A stretch of DNA of 36,654 bases, taken from Thelocarpon superellum. Its lineage: Eukaryota. The DNA lies in the NCBI GenBank assembly GCA_026025795.1, contig JAPEUG010000146.1, forward strand, positions 1 through 36,654. Reading direction: 5' to 3'. Position numbers and translations under genes: made by a program. Positions 10,472 through 21,414 of this stretch are shown here, in pieces. The notes beneath the pieces are model-generated. The model was not told the origin of the DNA and ran no database searches. It worked only from the letters and a program-made list of their open reading frames with translations. How positions within the stretch are numbered: the first letter of the stretch is position 1; every line of letters starts with the position of its first letter.

Positions 10472-12568
10472 ATGGAGTCCTCACGAGGCCCCCCGCGGGT
10501 CAAGAACAAGGCGCCGGCGCCGCAGCAGATCTCGGCGGAGCAGCTGCTGCGGGAGGCCGTGGATCGTCAAGAGCCCGGGGTGCAGGCGCCGACGCAGCGC
10601 TTCGCCGACCTCGAGGAGCTCCATGAATTTCAGGGCCGGAAGCGCAAGGAGTTTGAGGACTACGTGCGGCGCAATCGGATCAACATGAACAATTGGATGC
10701 GCTATGCGCAGTGGGAGCTCGAGCAGAAGGAGTACCGCCGGGCCCGCTCCATCTTCGAGCGGGCCCTCGACGTCGATGCCACCTCCGTCACGCTCTGGAT
10801 CCGGTACGTCGAGGCCGAGATGAAAACACGGAACATCAACCACGCGCGCAACCTGCTGGACCGCGCCGTCACCATCCTGCCGCGCGTCGACAAGCTGTGG
10901 TACAAGTATGTGTACATGGAGGAGACGCTGGGCAACGTCGCCGGCACGCGCCAGGTCTTCGAACGCTGGATGAGCTGGGAGCCGGACGAGGGTGCGTGGA
11001 GTGCCTACATCAAGCTGGAGAAGCGGTACAGCGAGTTCGGTCGGGCGCGCGACATCTTCGAGCGCTTCACCGTCGTCCACCCCGAGCCGCGCAACTGGAT
11101 CAAATGGGCCCGCTTCGAGGAGGAGAACGGCACGAGCGAGCTGGTGCGCGAGGTCTTTGGCATGGCCATTGAGGCGCTGGGCGACGAATTCATGGACGAG
11201 CGGCTCTTCATCGCCTACGCCCGGTACGAGGTCAAGCTGAAGGAGTACGAGCGCGCCCGGGCCATCTACAAATACGCGCTGGACCGGCTCCCGCGCGCGC
11301 GCGCCATGACGCTGCACAAGGCCTACACCACCTTTGAGAAGCAGTTTGGCGAGCGCGAGGGCGTCGAGGATGTCATCTTCTCCAAGCGGCGGGTGCAGTA
11401 CGAGGCGCAGATCAAGGAGAACCCCAAGAACTACGACAGCTGGTTCGACTACGCCCGCCTCGAGGAGACGACGGGTGACGTGGATCGGGTGCGCGACGTC
11501 TACGAGCGTGCCATCGCGCAGATTCCGCCGACGCAGGAGAAGCGGCATTGGCGCCGGTACATCTTCTTGTGGATCTTCTACGCCCTGTGGGAAGAGATGG
11601 ACCACCAGAACGTCGAGCGGGCGCGGCAGGTCTACGACGAATGCCTGAAGCTGATCCCGCACCAGAAATTCACCTTTGCCAAGGTCTGGCTGCTCAAGGC
11701 CCACTTCGAGGTGCGACAGACGGAGATCCAGGCGGCGCGGAAGACGCTGGGCCAGGCCATCGGCATGTGCCCCAAAGACCGGCTCTTCAAGGGATACATC
11801 GAGCTCGAGCTGAAGCTGTTCGAGTTTTCCCGCTGTCGCACCCTCTACGAGAAGTACATCGCCTGGAACCCGGCCAATTGCCAGGCCTGGATCAAATGCG
11901 CCGAGCTCGAGCGGGGTCTGGATGATCTTGATCGGGCCCGGGGGATCTTCGAGCTGGCGGTGGAGCAGCCGGTGCTGGACATGCCCGAGCTGCTCTGGAA
12001 AGCGTACATCGACTTTGAAGAGGAAGAAGGCGAGTACGAGCGCACGCGGCGCCTGTACGAGCGACTGCTGGCCAAGACGGGCCACGTCAAGGTGTGGATC
12101 AGCTACGCCCACTTTGAGATCAACGTGCCCGACGCCGAGCATGCGGAGGACGAGGAAGAGGCCGACGACGAGCGACCGGTGTCGGACGAGGCGAAGCAGC
12201 GGGCGCGGCAGATCTTCGCCCGCGCCTACAAGAGCATGAAGGAGAAGGATCTGAAAGAAGAGGTAGGCGCCCCACGCGATCGACGGCGCGCGTCCGGCCG
12301 GCTGACGCTGTTCCAGCGAGTGGCGCTCCTGAACGCCTGGAAGTCCTTCGAGCAGACACATGGATCGGCGGAGGACCTCGAGAAGGTGGAAGCACAGATG
12401 CCCCGGAAGGTCAAGAAGCGACGGAAGCTGGACGGCGAGTCGATGGAGTTCGAGGAGTACATCGACTACGTCTTCCCGGCCGACGACCAGCAGGCCGCCA
12501 ACCTGTCCAAATTGCTGCAGATGGCTCATTCCTGGAAGAAGGGACAAGACGGGAACGCGGCATCGTGA
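10472..12568 (+). CDS. CLF1: NineTeen complex HAT-repeat splicing factor Clf1/Syf3/crooked neck, 2 exons, ~680 aa
   Basis: [29 protein letters not shown] start, many HAT repeats ([10 protein letters not shown]), and C-terminal [11 protein letters not shown]. Intron 12263-12316 (54 nt; GTAGGC, GCTGAC branch, CAG). Confidence 0.97.
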   Translation: MESSRGPPRVKNKAPAPQQISAEQLLREAVDRQEPGVQAPTQRFADLEELHEFQGRKRKEFEDYVRRNRINMNNWMRYAQWELEQKEYRRARSIFERALDVDATSVTLWIRYVEAEMKTRNINHARNLLDRAVTILPRVDKLWYKYVYMEETLGNVAGTRQVFERWMSWEPDEGAWSAYIKLEKRYSEFGRARDIFERFTVVHPEPRNWIKWARFEEENGTSELVREVFGMAIEALGDEFMDERLFIAYARYEVKLKEYERARAIYKYALDRLPRARAMTLHKAYTTFEKQFGEREGVEDVIFSKRRVQYEAQIKENPKNYDSWFDYARLEETTGDVDRVRDVYERAIAQIPPTQEKRHWRRYIFLWIFYALWEEMDHQNVERARQVYDECLKLIPHQKFTFAKVWLLKAHFEVRQTEIQAARKTLGQAIGMCPKDRLFKGYIELELKLFEFSRCRTLYEKYIAWNPANCQAWIKCAELERGLDDLDRARGIFELAVEQPVLDMPELLWKAYIDFEEEEGEYERTRRLYERLLAKTGHVKVWISYAHFEINVPDAEHAEDEEEADDERPVSDEAKQRARQIFARAYKSMKEKDLKEEVGAPRDRRRASGRLTLFQRVALLNAWKSFEQTHGSAEDLEKVEAQMPRKVKKRRKLDGESMEFEEYIDYVFPADDQQAANLSKLLQMAHSWKKGQDGNAAS

Positions 12569-13174
12569 GGCGCATCATGCACTCCACCGGGGCGTATGTA
12601 GTATGTAGCACCAAAGCAAAGGAGCTCGGGCGACTGTCTCTTTGCCGCGTATCGGAAACACCACGTCGGCGATGGCATTTGTTTCTGTACCAGTGCGCAG
12701 TCCTCTATACCTTCACCACAGAGACATACCGGTCGCTGAAGAGAGGTCGGTGCTGATTGCACGTAGCGTGACCCACTCGCATTTGCAACGGTGGAATGAG
12801 GTGTGGCGTCAGGGTGGCATCTCAACCTCCGTGTCGTTGCATGCGAAGAGAATGATGGCGATGATGTTGCTCATCTCTACAATTGATGACAATGTTCTAC
12901 AGAAGCCACCCAAACAACATCATTGCCAGTCTACAGGTCTGTGCCCAACGTCATTGACAGGCTATAGACGGCTTGCCTATCTCCCAACCGCCCCCTCAAC
13001 CTTGCCAACTATCGTCAGTGCGTGGAGGCATGGCCGGTGCGCAAAGGTCCCAAATGAGAGATTTCTTCAGCCACTCATACGCGTCCCCTCTTCGCCGGCG
13101 CGTGCCGTGTTCAATCTACCGCTCTGCTGCTCATCACTCGCCGTCGGCCGAATACTGCATCCATCACCGTCGTC

Positions 13175-14492
13175 ATGAAGGGCCTCACGTGGACCATCGT
13201 TTGGTCGCTCATCGTCGCAGGCTTGATTCAGGCTAAGCCGGCGGAAAACGCGACGTCAGACGCTCGTTTCAGCCTCACCTTCAAGGCCAGTACCTCCGAA
13301 CAGGAGATCAACGCGATCGAGCGAAAGCTAGCAGGGACTCGTGGCGTGGTGAGCGGGCGCTGGATGCATCAACACGCACGTAGGATCAGGACGCTGCTGA
13401 CCGAGACAGAAGGGCGTCAGGCGGATGCTCGTCGTGGACATGCCACGCAACACCTCCAACACCACGCTGTAGGAGAGCACCACTCCCATCTACCCAGAAG
13501 CGTGACCGAGAGCGAGAGAATGTCGACGGAGACTCACCACGTGGCACGTTAAGAGAGGTCTCCGCGCCGGCGAAATTCTACTTGACGAAGTGGCGTCTGC
13601 CTCCACAGGTCGATCGGGTCTATCTGGGCCGAGGCTTCGAGAAGTGAGCTCTCTCCCCCTCACGCGACAAGTTCCGTCCCAGGGCGTCATCAGCGCCATC
13701 TAATCCGTCGCGCCGTCGCGCCGTTCAGCCCCGCCTCCTTCCCCAAGACGTGCAGGAACGCCTCCCACCAAAGCTCGCTCGTCACGGCCCTGGCCGGGGC
13801 CGTGATACTGGCCAATCAGTCGGCCGAAGACGCGTTTCCGACCGAGGTGTGGGAAAGGTACGTGTGGTGACATTGTTTTGCTAGGCTACGGCGAGGTGGA
13901 AATCAATCTCTTCTGGGGGGGATGCTGCGGTCAGCAGACGACGATGTCCACCGACTGCTGACGAGGCCACAGCTTCTTTGCCGGCTCGGACCCGACGGTT
14001 GTTCACCAGGTCTTCAAAGCCGTCTCCAAATTCTCCCCTCGCACAATTGATCTGCGATGCTGGCCGCATTCGCGCGACGACTATTGCTTCAACGACAGGC
14101 TGGGCGCCACGGACCGCACCGGCATCATCCTGCTCTGCCCCCTGTTCTTCACACACCTCGCGACCATGATCAGGTGCGATGAACGCCGTCGATCGCAGGA
14201 TGGCTCGCTTCTCCAGCTGCTTGTGCAGAATACTTCACCGCATGGATGGGAGATTCGCAGTTCCGATGCCGAATCACCTCTCGCCGTGCAAGACCGGGTC
14301 CGCGCGCGCAGAGATGACCCCACGCAGCCGTTGACCCAATACATTGCCGCGGCCTACGAATATTTCGCCGTCTATGCTTACTGGCATCGATGTGCGCTGG
14401 GGAATCGGACGGCCCCGCTCGCTGGGGGCTCACCTACAAGTGCCGGTCAAGCGTCGAACCCCGAGCGGCTCGGCGACGGTGGTGGCCTCTGA
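13175..14492 (+). CDS. Secreted deuterolysin (peptidase M35)-like protein lacking HEXXH, 5 exons, ~323 aa
   Basis: Exons 13175-13348, 13410-13468, 13554-13643, 13729-13857 and 13973-14492 give one stop-free frame. Signal peptide, then M35-like pattern TC...LVTALAGAVILA...FF...V...F..V...C...C...ILLCPLFF...C...Q..SLL and AAAYEYFA, with six Cys. Intron 2 (AAG acceptor) is the least certain junction. Confidence 0.72.
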
Positions 14493-17400
14493 TCTTCGAC
14501 CGTATGAGCAGTAGGTCGGTTCATGATCCTGGTCACCATCGTCAAACGAAATGATGAATGATCCTGTGCAACGAAGATCGATGAACCCCCAGGTTTGTTC
14601 CGGCCATCTTGATCGTCATTGAGCGAAGATGCTGCCTTGAGGCGTGTCGATAGAAATGTCGGTCGCGGGCCTTCCCTCGAACGAAGGAGAATTATCGCCG
14701 GTGGATCGTAGGCCAATGGCTATAAGACCGACGTTATACAAGACCGACGTTGTAGATCGCTACCGACCGTGTTCATAGCTGCGAGTAGGGAGGACCGCTC
14801 ATTCGCATCTCAACTTCACCCCACGCACCGCCGCTGCCATGGCAAAGGCTCCGTCGGCAGACAGCTGGCAAGGCAGCATCGTGACCGACGACGTTCTCGA
14901 GGTGCATCGAGCGATGCGGACTCGTGGCGGTCGAGAGTGTAAGGGGACCGTGAAGCTTGAAGCAAACTCGCCGTCGCCGCACCTGCCGCCCGCGTACGCC
15001 ACGGCAAATGACGACCGTTGGAAGAAGCGGTGAGCGGGGCTGGAGAGCAGGGGCAGACCAGACGACCCGACGGTTCTGTTACGAAGCCCAAGAAGCAAGT
15101 CTGGGTCCCATAACTCGACGGCCGGCACGGTGGCATCATCCGTACCTGAGGGCGTTGGCACGCAACTCGCGGGGGTACGGCGCGTTTGCAGAATGCACCG
15201 CGAGGTTTAAATGCTCCACTTGGCGCGGCCGGCGAAGTGCAGGACGTACTCGTAGTACGAATAACACTACATACAACGCACTCCCGTAATCCTATAGTTA
15301 CTGCGTACCTTGCCAAAATACCCATACCCATATACGTGAGAGCGACGGCGAGCCCCGGAAAGCTCCGTCGCCTGCACCGCCTGCACCACCGTCGTGCCTG
15401 AGCCAACTGGACCGGCTCGTGATTCGACTGCTGCCACTGCTTGTGCCGCTGGTCACCCGTGGACGAATGGCACGACACAGCCGCGCCCGAGAACTCGAGG
15501 CTCCACAGGCCTGCACCGGCGCGCTAATGCAGGTTCCACGGGCCCTCGCGGTAGCTGGATCGGGGAGAACGGTCGCCTTCATTCGCCGCTCGCCATCACG
15601 TCGAAGTATGGCACGTTCGGGGACCAGGACTCGTGAGGCGACGGGACCAGCGCCAATGGCTCCCACCACGAATATGGACTCTTCCGATGCCCGGGAGCCT
15701 CGTCCCGGGCGGGGCATGCAGAGCTGGACGAACCAGCTGCACGCGCGCTGGGCGGTCAGTCGCCAGCCGCCAGCGAAATAACGCTCAGTCTCGCCATCTT
15801 TGACCAGGCGACGGCATTTCGGGGAGGCGTCGGCTCCGCTCTCTACTCGTAGGGTAACTACCAGAGCATTGTCATACAACCAAATGATGCATGTCGCGCG
15901 CATGGCTGCACGGTCGCCCCGATGTGACTCTGACCCAGCGGACACCAGACGGCGCAAGGGCGTCGGCGGGTCGGTCGGGATCGCAGGACCGATGGTCGGA
16001 AGGCAGATGGATGACGAAATGGATGGCCGGCGAAGCAGCTACCAGACTCGTCAAGGCATCCCTGGCCCGCTGGACCCACTGCAATTAATCCGCGGGGCAC
16101 AATACTTGCGTGCTTCTTGGCGTCTGGCGGGCCTCGCCCGGATCGCAGTGGGCGGAGGCAGGCCTGGGTGCTCCCTTGGGCACGGAATTACGTGAGACCT
16201 ACCGCTTGGCTTGGAGGACGATCAGGTCTTGTGTTGTGTCCGCACGGGAAATAGGGGCGGACGGCCCAGCAATGTTTTGCCGAGCCAACGAGCGACGACT
16301 TTCCCTCCGAGCCTCGCCCGGCTCGACGAATCAGCGGGCGGCCTGGTCGCTCGCCGCCGTCGTCGATGGCTGGGGTCAGTGCACCTTTTCACTTCGCCGC
16401 GCACTAGACGCACCCAGTCGGCTGGCTTCCGGCAACGCTCTGGCCCACGAGACAGTGCGCTGCCCGCCCCGGATACGCGTCGGCCCAGATACCGCACGAT
16501 AGCTCCCGGCCAAAAGACCGGGCCTGAGATTGCGCCGACGCAAGCATTCAGACCCGCGCGCATTGCCTTGATGTTGGCGTGACCGGGGAGCAAATTGGAG
16601 GAACAGACAATGGGCCAGGAGGGAAGAAGGATGCCCGAGGGAGCGACATCATCCAAGCGTCCCGAGCCCTTCATCTCTCCTCGCTCGCTAAAGGCGACAT
16701 CCACTCAAGCGAACAAAGCGACGACGACGCCAGGTGGAAAATCCTCGTGCTTTTCGTTTGCCCTGCGGTAGCGGTCTCGCCTACAGGTATGTTACGAGTA
16801 GGGTATGGGACAGCTCTCCGCCGTCTCCAATAATCGTAAGCCTTGACCAACGACAACTCCCAACCGAGTACCTGTTCGGGTCATCTCACCTTACACTGCC
16901 TGATGCGCGCTGCAGCACCAGGCCTAGGCGGTCCTTGTGGCCGCACGCACTTGACGAGGACCTGCAGCAAGTCTGGCTCGGCTGCGATCCTCGTGGACCC
17001 CTCCGGCGTATGGCTGGGTGCTCGGGGGGAGGGGGAAGGGGGAATGCGAGTACTCGCAGAGGTCACGGTACGAGAGCAATACCAGGTTGCCCGTGCTTGG
17101 ATCGCAGCGTACATGGGTGAGGACGGCCGACGTTGCGGCCACGCCGTTTGCCACCTTCGACCGAAACCTCCCCAGCGCGGAGGTGCACGGTCTGCAATGG
17201 TCCTCAGAGGCTAGCCATACCCTTTGTCCTGGTCCGGGCCGGGTCGGATGACGTCCGACATGATCTGGAGGCTGAGGCCGCTGGCGGACGGCCGATGGAC
17301 CGATTGAAAGCCAGAGAAACCGATGGACGCTTCTAGTGCCCTGCGAGCCCAAGCCTCCGACACGCCGCTCCCGGCCCAGCTGGTCTCCAGCACGACGGGG

Positions 17401-18639
17401 ACGGGGCCAAGGGCACTGAGCGGCGCCGCGGAGGCGGCAGCGTGGCTGGTCGTGGATAGTGCTGGAGCTGCGATGCTGCTGAAGAAGCGTCACGGGCGCA
17501 CACGAGTGCTAATCGTAGCACGGCCCTCGTACCGCATGCTGCCCACCCGGCCGGCTAAGGTCCCGCCGGCGTACCAGACCCGTACCGCGAGTCACGGCTA
17601 GACCGTGGCAAGCTTTCCCAGCTTCCCTTCCCTTCCCTCTTCTTCCCGCGTCGACCTTGCAGCGCGGCCGCGTGTAGATGGCACTACGCCCTCCGATCCC
17701 GACTTGACTTTGCTCCAAGCACGAGTAGCGGGTGGCCGGTGCAGTGTGTCGCCCGCACAAGCGTCGATCAACACACGCCGGTCGACCTTCTCTCCACGCC
17801 CGCCAGGGCACCAGGCCCGTCCCAGGCACCACCCGCGAAGATTCCTACCTTCCCACCCCCCAAGCCCAAAATCCAACAACGTGTCGGTTAAACTTTGATT
17901 GATCAAGCCCGCCCGGCCAAAGCCCCAGTGCCCATCTCGTGGCCACCCTCGTGTTTCAGATCGCCACGGTCATCTACTCTTCCATCATCTTCGTGCCTTC
18001 GCACTCCGCCACGCGATCGAGGCGTCCGTTCGGCCATTGCACCCCGCGAATTGCATCTTGGACCAAGTCGTGGCGGGCATTGTTCGTGGGAGTCGCGTGT
18101 TTACCCTCACGCGAGCGTCAGGCACAGGCACAGGCCGATCGGTTCAGGGGAACGAATGCTTGGACGCCACGACCGATTCGACCACTTCGACCGCTGAGCC
18201 ACGCCAGCGTCAATGCAACTTTGAGAACCGTTGCGACACCACGTACAACACCCACTGGCCCCCATTGCGAGTTTCAACGGGTCCCACTGCACACACCAGG
18301 TCGCACGTGAGGCGCGACAGGACGTGAAGGCCGACTCCAGCTCCACCTGACGTCGGGATCGCCGTCAGCCGTCAGCCCACCAGGACCCGACTCCGCCTCG
18401 ACTTCATCTCCATCCAGCGAGGAAAGGTTACACTCCCGTTGCGCCTCGGTCGAGCTCACGCACGCGTTGCAGTGGTCGCGCCCCTGGTGACCATGCGATA
18501 GCGCCCCGTCCATTCGATCGAGCGGAGATGTGGTCGATTTCATGAGCTCCCGCACCACCCCGCCCCACCGAGACTACCACTACCCTCTGCGCTCTCTCGT
18601 CGCGCGCAGCGGACGATAGACGAGCAAGCCGCCCTCACC

Positions 18640-20844
18640 ATGGCTGCCCCGGCGCCACCGGTGGCACTCCATGGGCCCTGCTCCATCGTCTTCAACAACA
18701 CCCTCTATGTCTACACCCCCGACGCCTTTCAGTCCATCCCGCTGGAGCAGGGGGGACGGTGGAGGTCGCTCCCCCTCGAGGCCGCTGTCACGGGTGCCCG
18801 CTGTGTTAGTGTGATCCCGAGCGGCGACGCCAGCCAGGCAGCATTGTTCCTGGTGGGCGGCTCCACCAACGTCTCGACCATGTATCCGGGCCTCTCCTAC
18901 TACTCCTTTGCGAATAATCGGTGGGACTCCAACATGCCCACGACGTCAGTGACGCAGAACCGGAGAAATCACGCCTCGATCTACCTCAACGCCTCGTCTT
19001 CGCTCCTCATCTATGCCGGCTCGCAGGACAGCTCGAAGAACACGCAGCCGTCGTCACAGACCTTTCTCATCGCCGCAGAGCCGCCATATACCGTCACGTC
19101 CTTTCCGTCCAAAGCGGCACCACCCGGCGTCAATCCTGTGCTCATGCCGTGGAATGACACCCACGCCGCTCTGGTGGGAGGTGACCCAAATAACCAGCGG
19201 GTCACGCTGTTCTCCCCCGACCAAGGATGGGTCGACCTGGGAGTGCAGCTTCCCAGTGGTATCCAGAGCCAGCAGCAAGCGGTCGTCGTGACGGGTAGCG
19301 ACGGCAGCAAGATCCTCGAGACCTTTGACTTTTCCACCTCTCCCAACACCGTCAACTCGACGGTACTCGTTGATCCGTCCAGCAACGGCCCGTCGGCTAG
19401 CAGCATCATCGGGGCCGCGCATTCGGCGCATTCCAAGGAGCGACGCTGGGGTCCCCCCCCGGCCAAGCGGCGGCGGCGAGATGTGACGGCGGCCAACTAC
19501 CCGGCCTACAATGCATCCCTGGCGCCGACGACCACGCGAAGCGACCTTGCCCTCGCACAGGATACGAATGGCCAGGTGGTCGTGGTCGGGGGCGATAGCT
19601 CCGACCCGATCAGCGTCTTCAACTCCCAGACGAACGCATGGGTCGACACGAAACAACTCTTTCGCGGCGTCGCGAGCACGCCGAGCTCCTCCCGCACTCC
19701 CACCTCGACTCCATCATCCAGCTCATCTCCGACCTCGTCGGCCCCCTCGTCACCCACCGCCGTAGCGGGCAGCGACGATGGCAAATCAAAGTCCCTCACC
19801 ATTCTTGGCGCGACCCTTGGCAGTATCTTTGGACTCATCTTCCTCATGGTTCTCATCCTTCTCATGCTGCGATATAGCCGGCGGCGACAGCGGCGGGACG
19901 CAGAGCGGCAGAGCCGCCTTGGAAACTCCGGCACGGATCGGGATCGGCTCAGCTTTGCGGATCGCGGGGCCAGCTTCATGACGGAAGCGGGGGGGTTCGT
20001 CCTGCCCGCCGTGGGTGATTCGCGAGGCTCGACGACGTCGACCGCCATCATGGGAAACAAGTATGGGTACGGCGACAAGCACGAGCCGACTGGGTCATAC
20101 GCGCCGACGGCCGGCGAATCACGGAAACCGCGAAGTTCGGGGTGGAGCCGGTACTTCTCCGGTCTGAATGGCAACGACTTTGCGCCGTCCGCGTCGGCAT
20201 CACGCGGCCCGGCGCTCTCGACGCAATTCCGGGAAGGCGACGACCGAAGTACTCTCGGCTCGGCGGCCGTGGCGCCCCTGGACGTCAAGAAAGAGCTCAG
20301 CCCGGACGACAAGAACCGCGGTCGCGGCCCGTCCCCACGCGGCTTCATCGGCCGCAATGGGCGAGACTATTCATCCGACACGGAGTCCTCGGGCCGCAGC
20401 GAAGGCTTCTCCAGCGGCATCCCGCCCAGCTTCAACGAAGACAACCAATGGACACCGGTCGCGCGACAAGACTGGGCCGGCGCGGGACGAGCGTCGTCTC
20501 GCGACCGCACCGCCAGCAGCGTCTACACCGCCAGCCGGCAGGGGTCCATGGTACCGCGCGAAGCGAACGCGGGGCCCTTGTTCCCACGCAACAGCAGCCA
20601 CGGCTCGATCCTGGGCTCGATGCATCCCGAGAGCCGCGCCCAAGCGGCGTCCATGTTCCACGAAAGCCCCGGCAACCCGCCCGCCTTTCCGCTCCCGCCG
20701 GGCCACGCGCCCGCTGGTTCCACTCCCATGGGTCCCGCGGGCGCGGCGGCCTTGCCGCCGGACCGGAGAGATCTCCGCACGGCTCACTCGGATATGAGCT
20801 GGTTGAACCTGGGCAGTTCACGCGACGAAAGTGCCGGCGGTTGA
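18640..20844 (+). CDS. Single-pass membrane protein with kelch/beta-propeller-like N-terminal domain, S/T linker and long low-complexity tail, 734 aa
   Basis: Single long ORF with strong GC3 bias. Kelch-like motifs (LFLVGG, LIYAGS, ALVGG, VVVGG), TM helix ILGATLGSIFGLIFLMVLILLML followed by RYSRRR, and tail motifs DRLSFADRG, SSGWSRYFSG and SDMSWLNLG. Confidence 0.88.
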   Translation: MAAPAPPVALHGPCSIVFNNTLYVYTPDAFQSIPLEQGGRWRSLPLEAAVTGARCVSVIPSGDASQAALFLVGGSTNVSTMYPGLSYYSFANNRWDSNMPTTSVTQNRRNHASIYLNASSSLLIYAGSQDSSKNTQPSSQTFLIAAEPPYTVTSFPSKAAPPGVNPVLMPWNDTHAALVGGDPNNQRVTLFSPDQGWVDLGVQLPSGIQSQQQAVVVTGSDGSKILETFDFSTSPNTVNSTVLVDPSSNGPSASSIIGAAHSAHSKERRWGPPPAKRRRRDVTAANYPAYNASLAPTTTRSDLALAQDTNGQVVVVGGDSSDPISVFNSQTNAWVDTKQLFRGVASTPSSSRTPTSTPSSSSSPTSSAPSSPTAVAGSDDGKSKSLTILGATLGSIFGLIFLMVLILLMLRYSRRRQRRDAERQSRLGNSGTDRDRLSFADRGASFMTEAGGFVLPAVGDSRGSTTSTAIMGNKYGYGDKHEPTGSYAPTAGESRKPRSSGWSRYFSGLNGNDFAPSASASRGPALSTQFREGDDRSTLGSAAVAPLDVKKELSPDDKNRGRGPSPRGFIGRNGRDYSSDTESSGRSEGFSSGIPPSFNEDNQWTPVARQDWAGAGRASSRDRTASSVYTASRQGSMVPREANAGPLFPRNSSHGSILGSMHPESRAQAASMFHESPGNPPAFPLPPGHAPAGSTPMGPAGAAALPPDRRDLRTAHSDMSWLNLGSSRDESAGG

Positions 20845-21414
20845 TGGACGAATGGCCGCTCGACACGGACTGATCTTGACGGGCCATGTCATGTCATCAT
20901 CGTCACGTCACACCCTCCCGCGACCCACGCGCGATGATGATTTGATCTGTACAGTTTCATACTCTCCTCGTTCTACTCTAGCATGGATCGCGATCGACAC
21001 GACACGAACAGATGGGACGAAATGGAAGGGATGGGTTGGGTTGGGACGGATGCATTACTCGAATTGAATCACACGAACGAACAAACGATAGAATAGTAAC
21101 TAGTACTACGATGCGAATGAAGGGGGGGGAGGTGAAGAGGAGAGGGGGGGAGGATGGTGTTTATAGTCACTCCTTCATCCGCCACTCATCCATCCGTCCA
21201 TCCGTCAATCACAAATCATCACACATCCGCTATACATCAGATCGTCGGCATTTCTTCACTTTTAAGTTAGAGCTACGCTGTGAAACTGAAATCCAGTCTG
21301 CACAACGGGTATAAATAACGTTGAAACACACGACTTTATCGTGACAACTGCACGATGATGAATTGCAGCTGACGCCATGTAATCACCTGCCCATATAACT
21401 AGCTCTCTGTTTGG

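Noticed and set aside
10481..12547. 688-aa antisense ORF over CLF1
   Set aside because: Expected from extreme GC3 bias removing antisense stop codons; no protein-like features.
15300..18480. Many overlapping ORFs, including a hydrophobic stretch at ~17939 that might be a signal-peptide exon
   Set aside because: No ATG or convincing donor links it to 18640, and no domain is recognisable; treated as intergenic or UTR.
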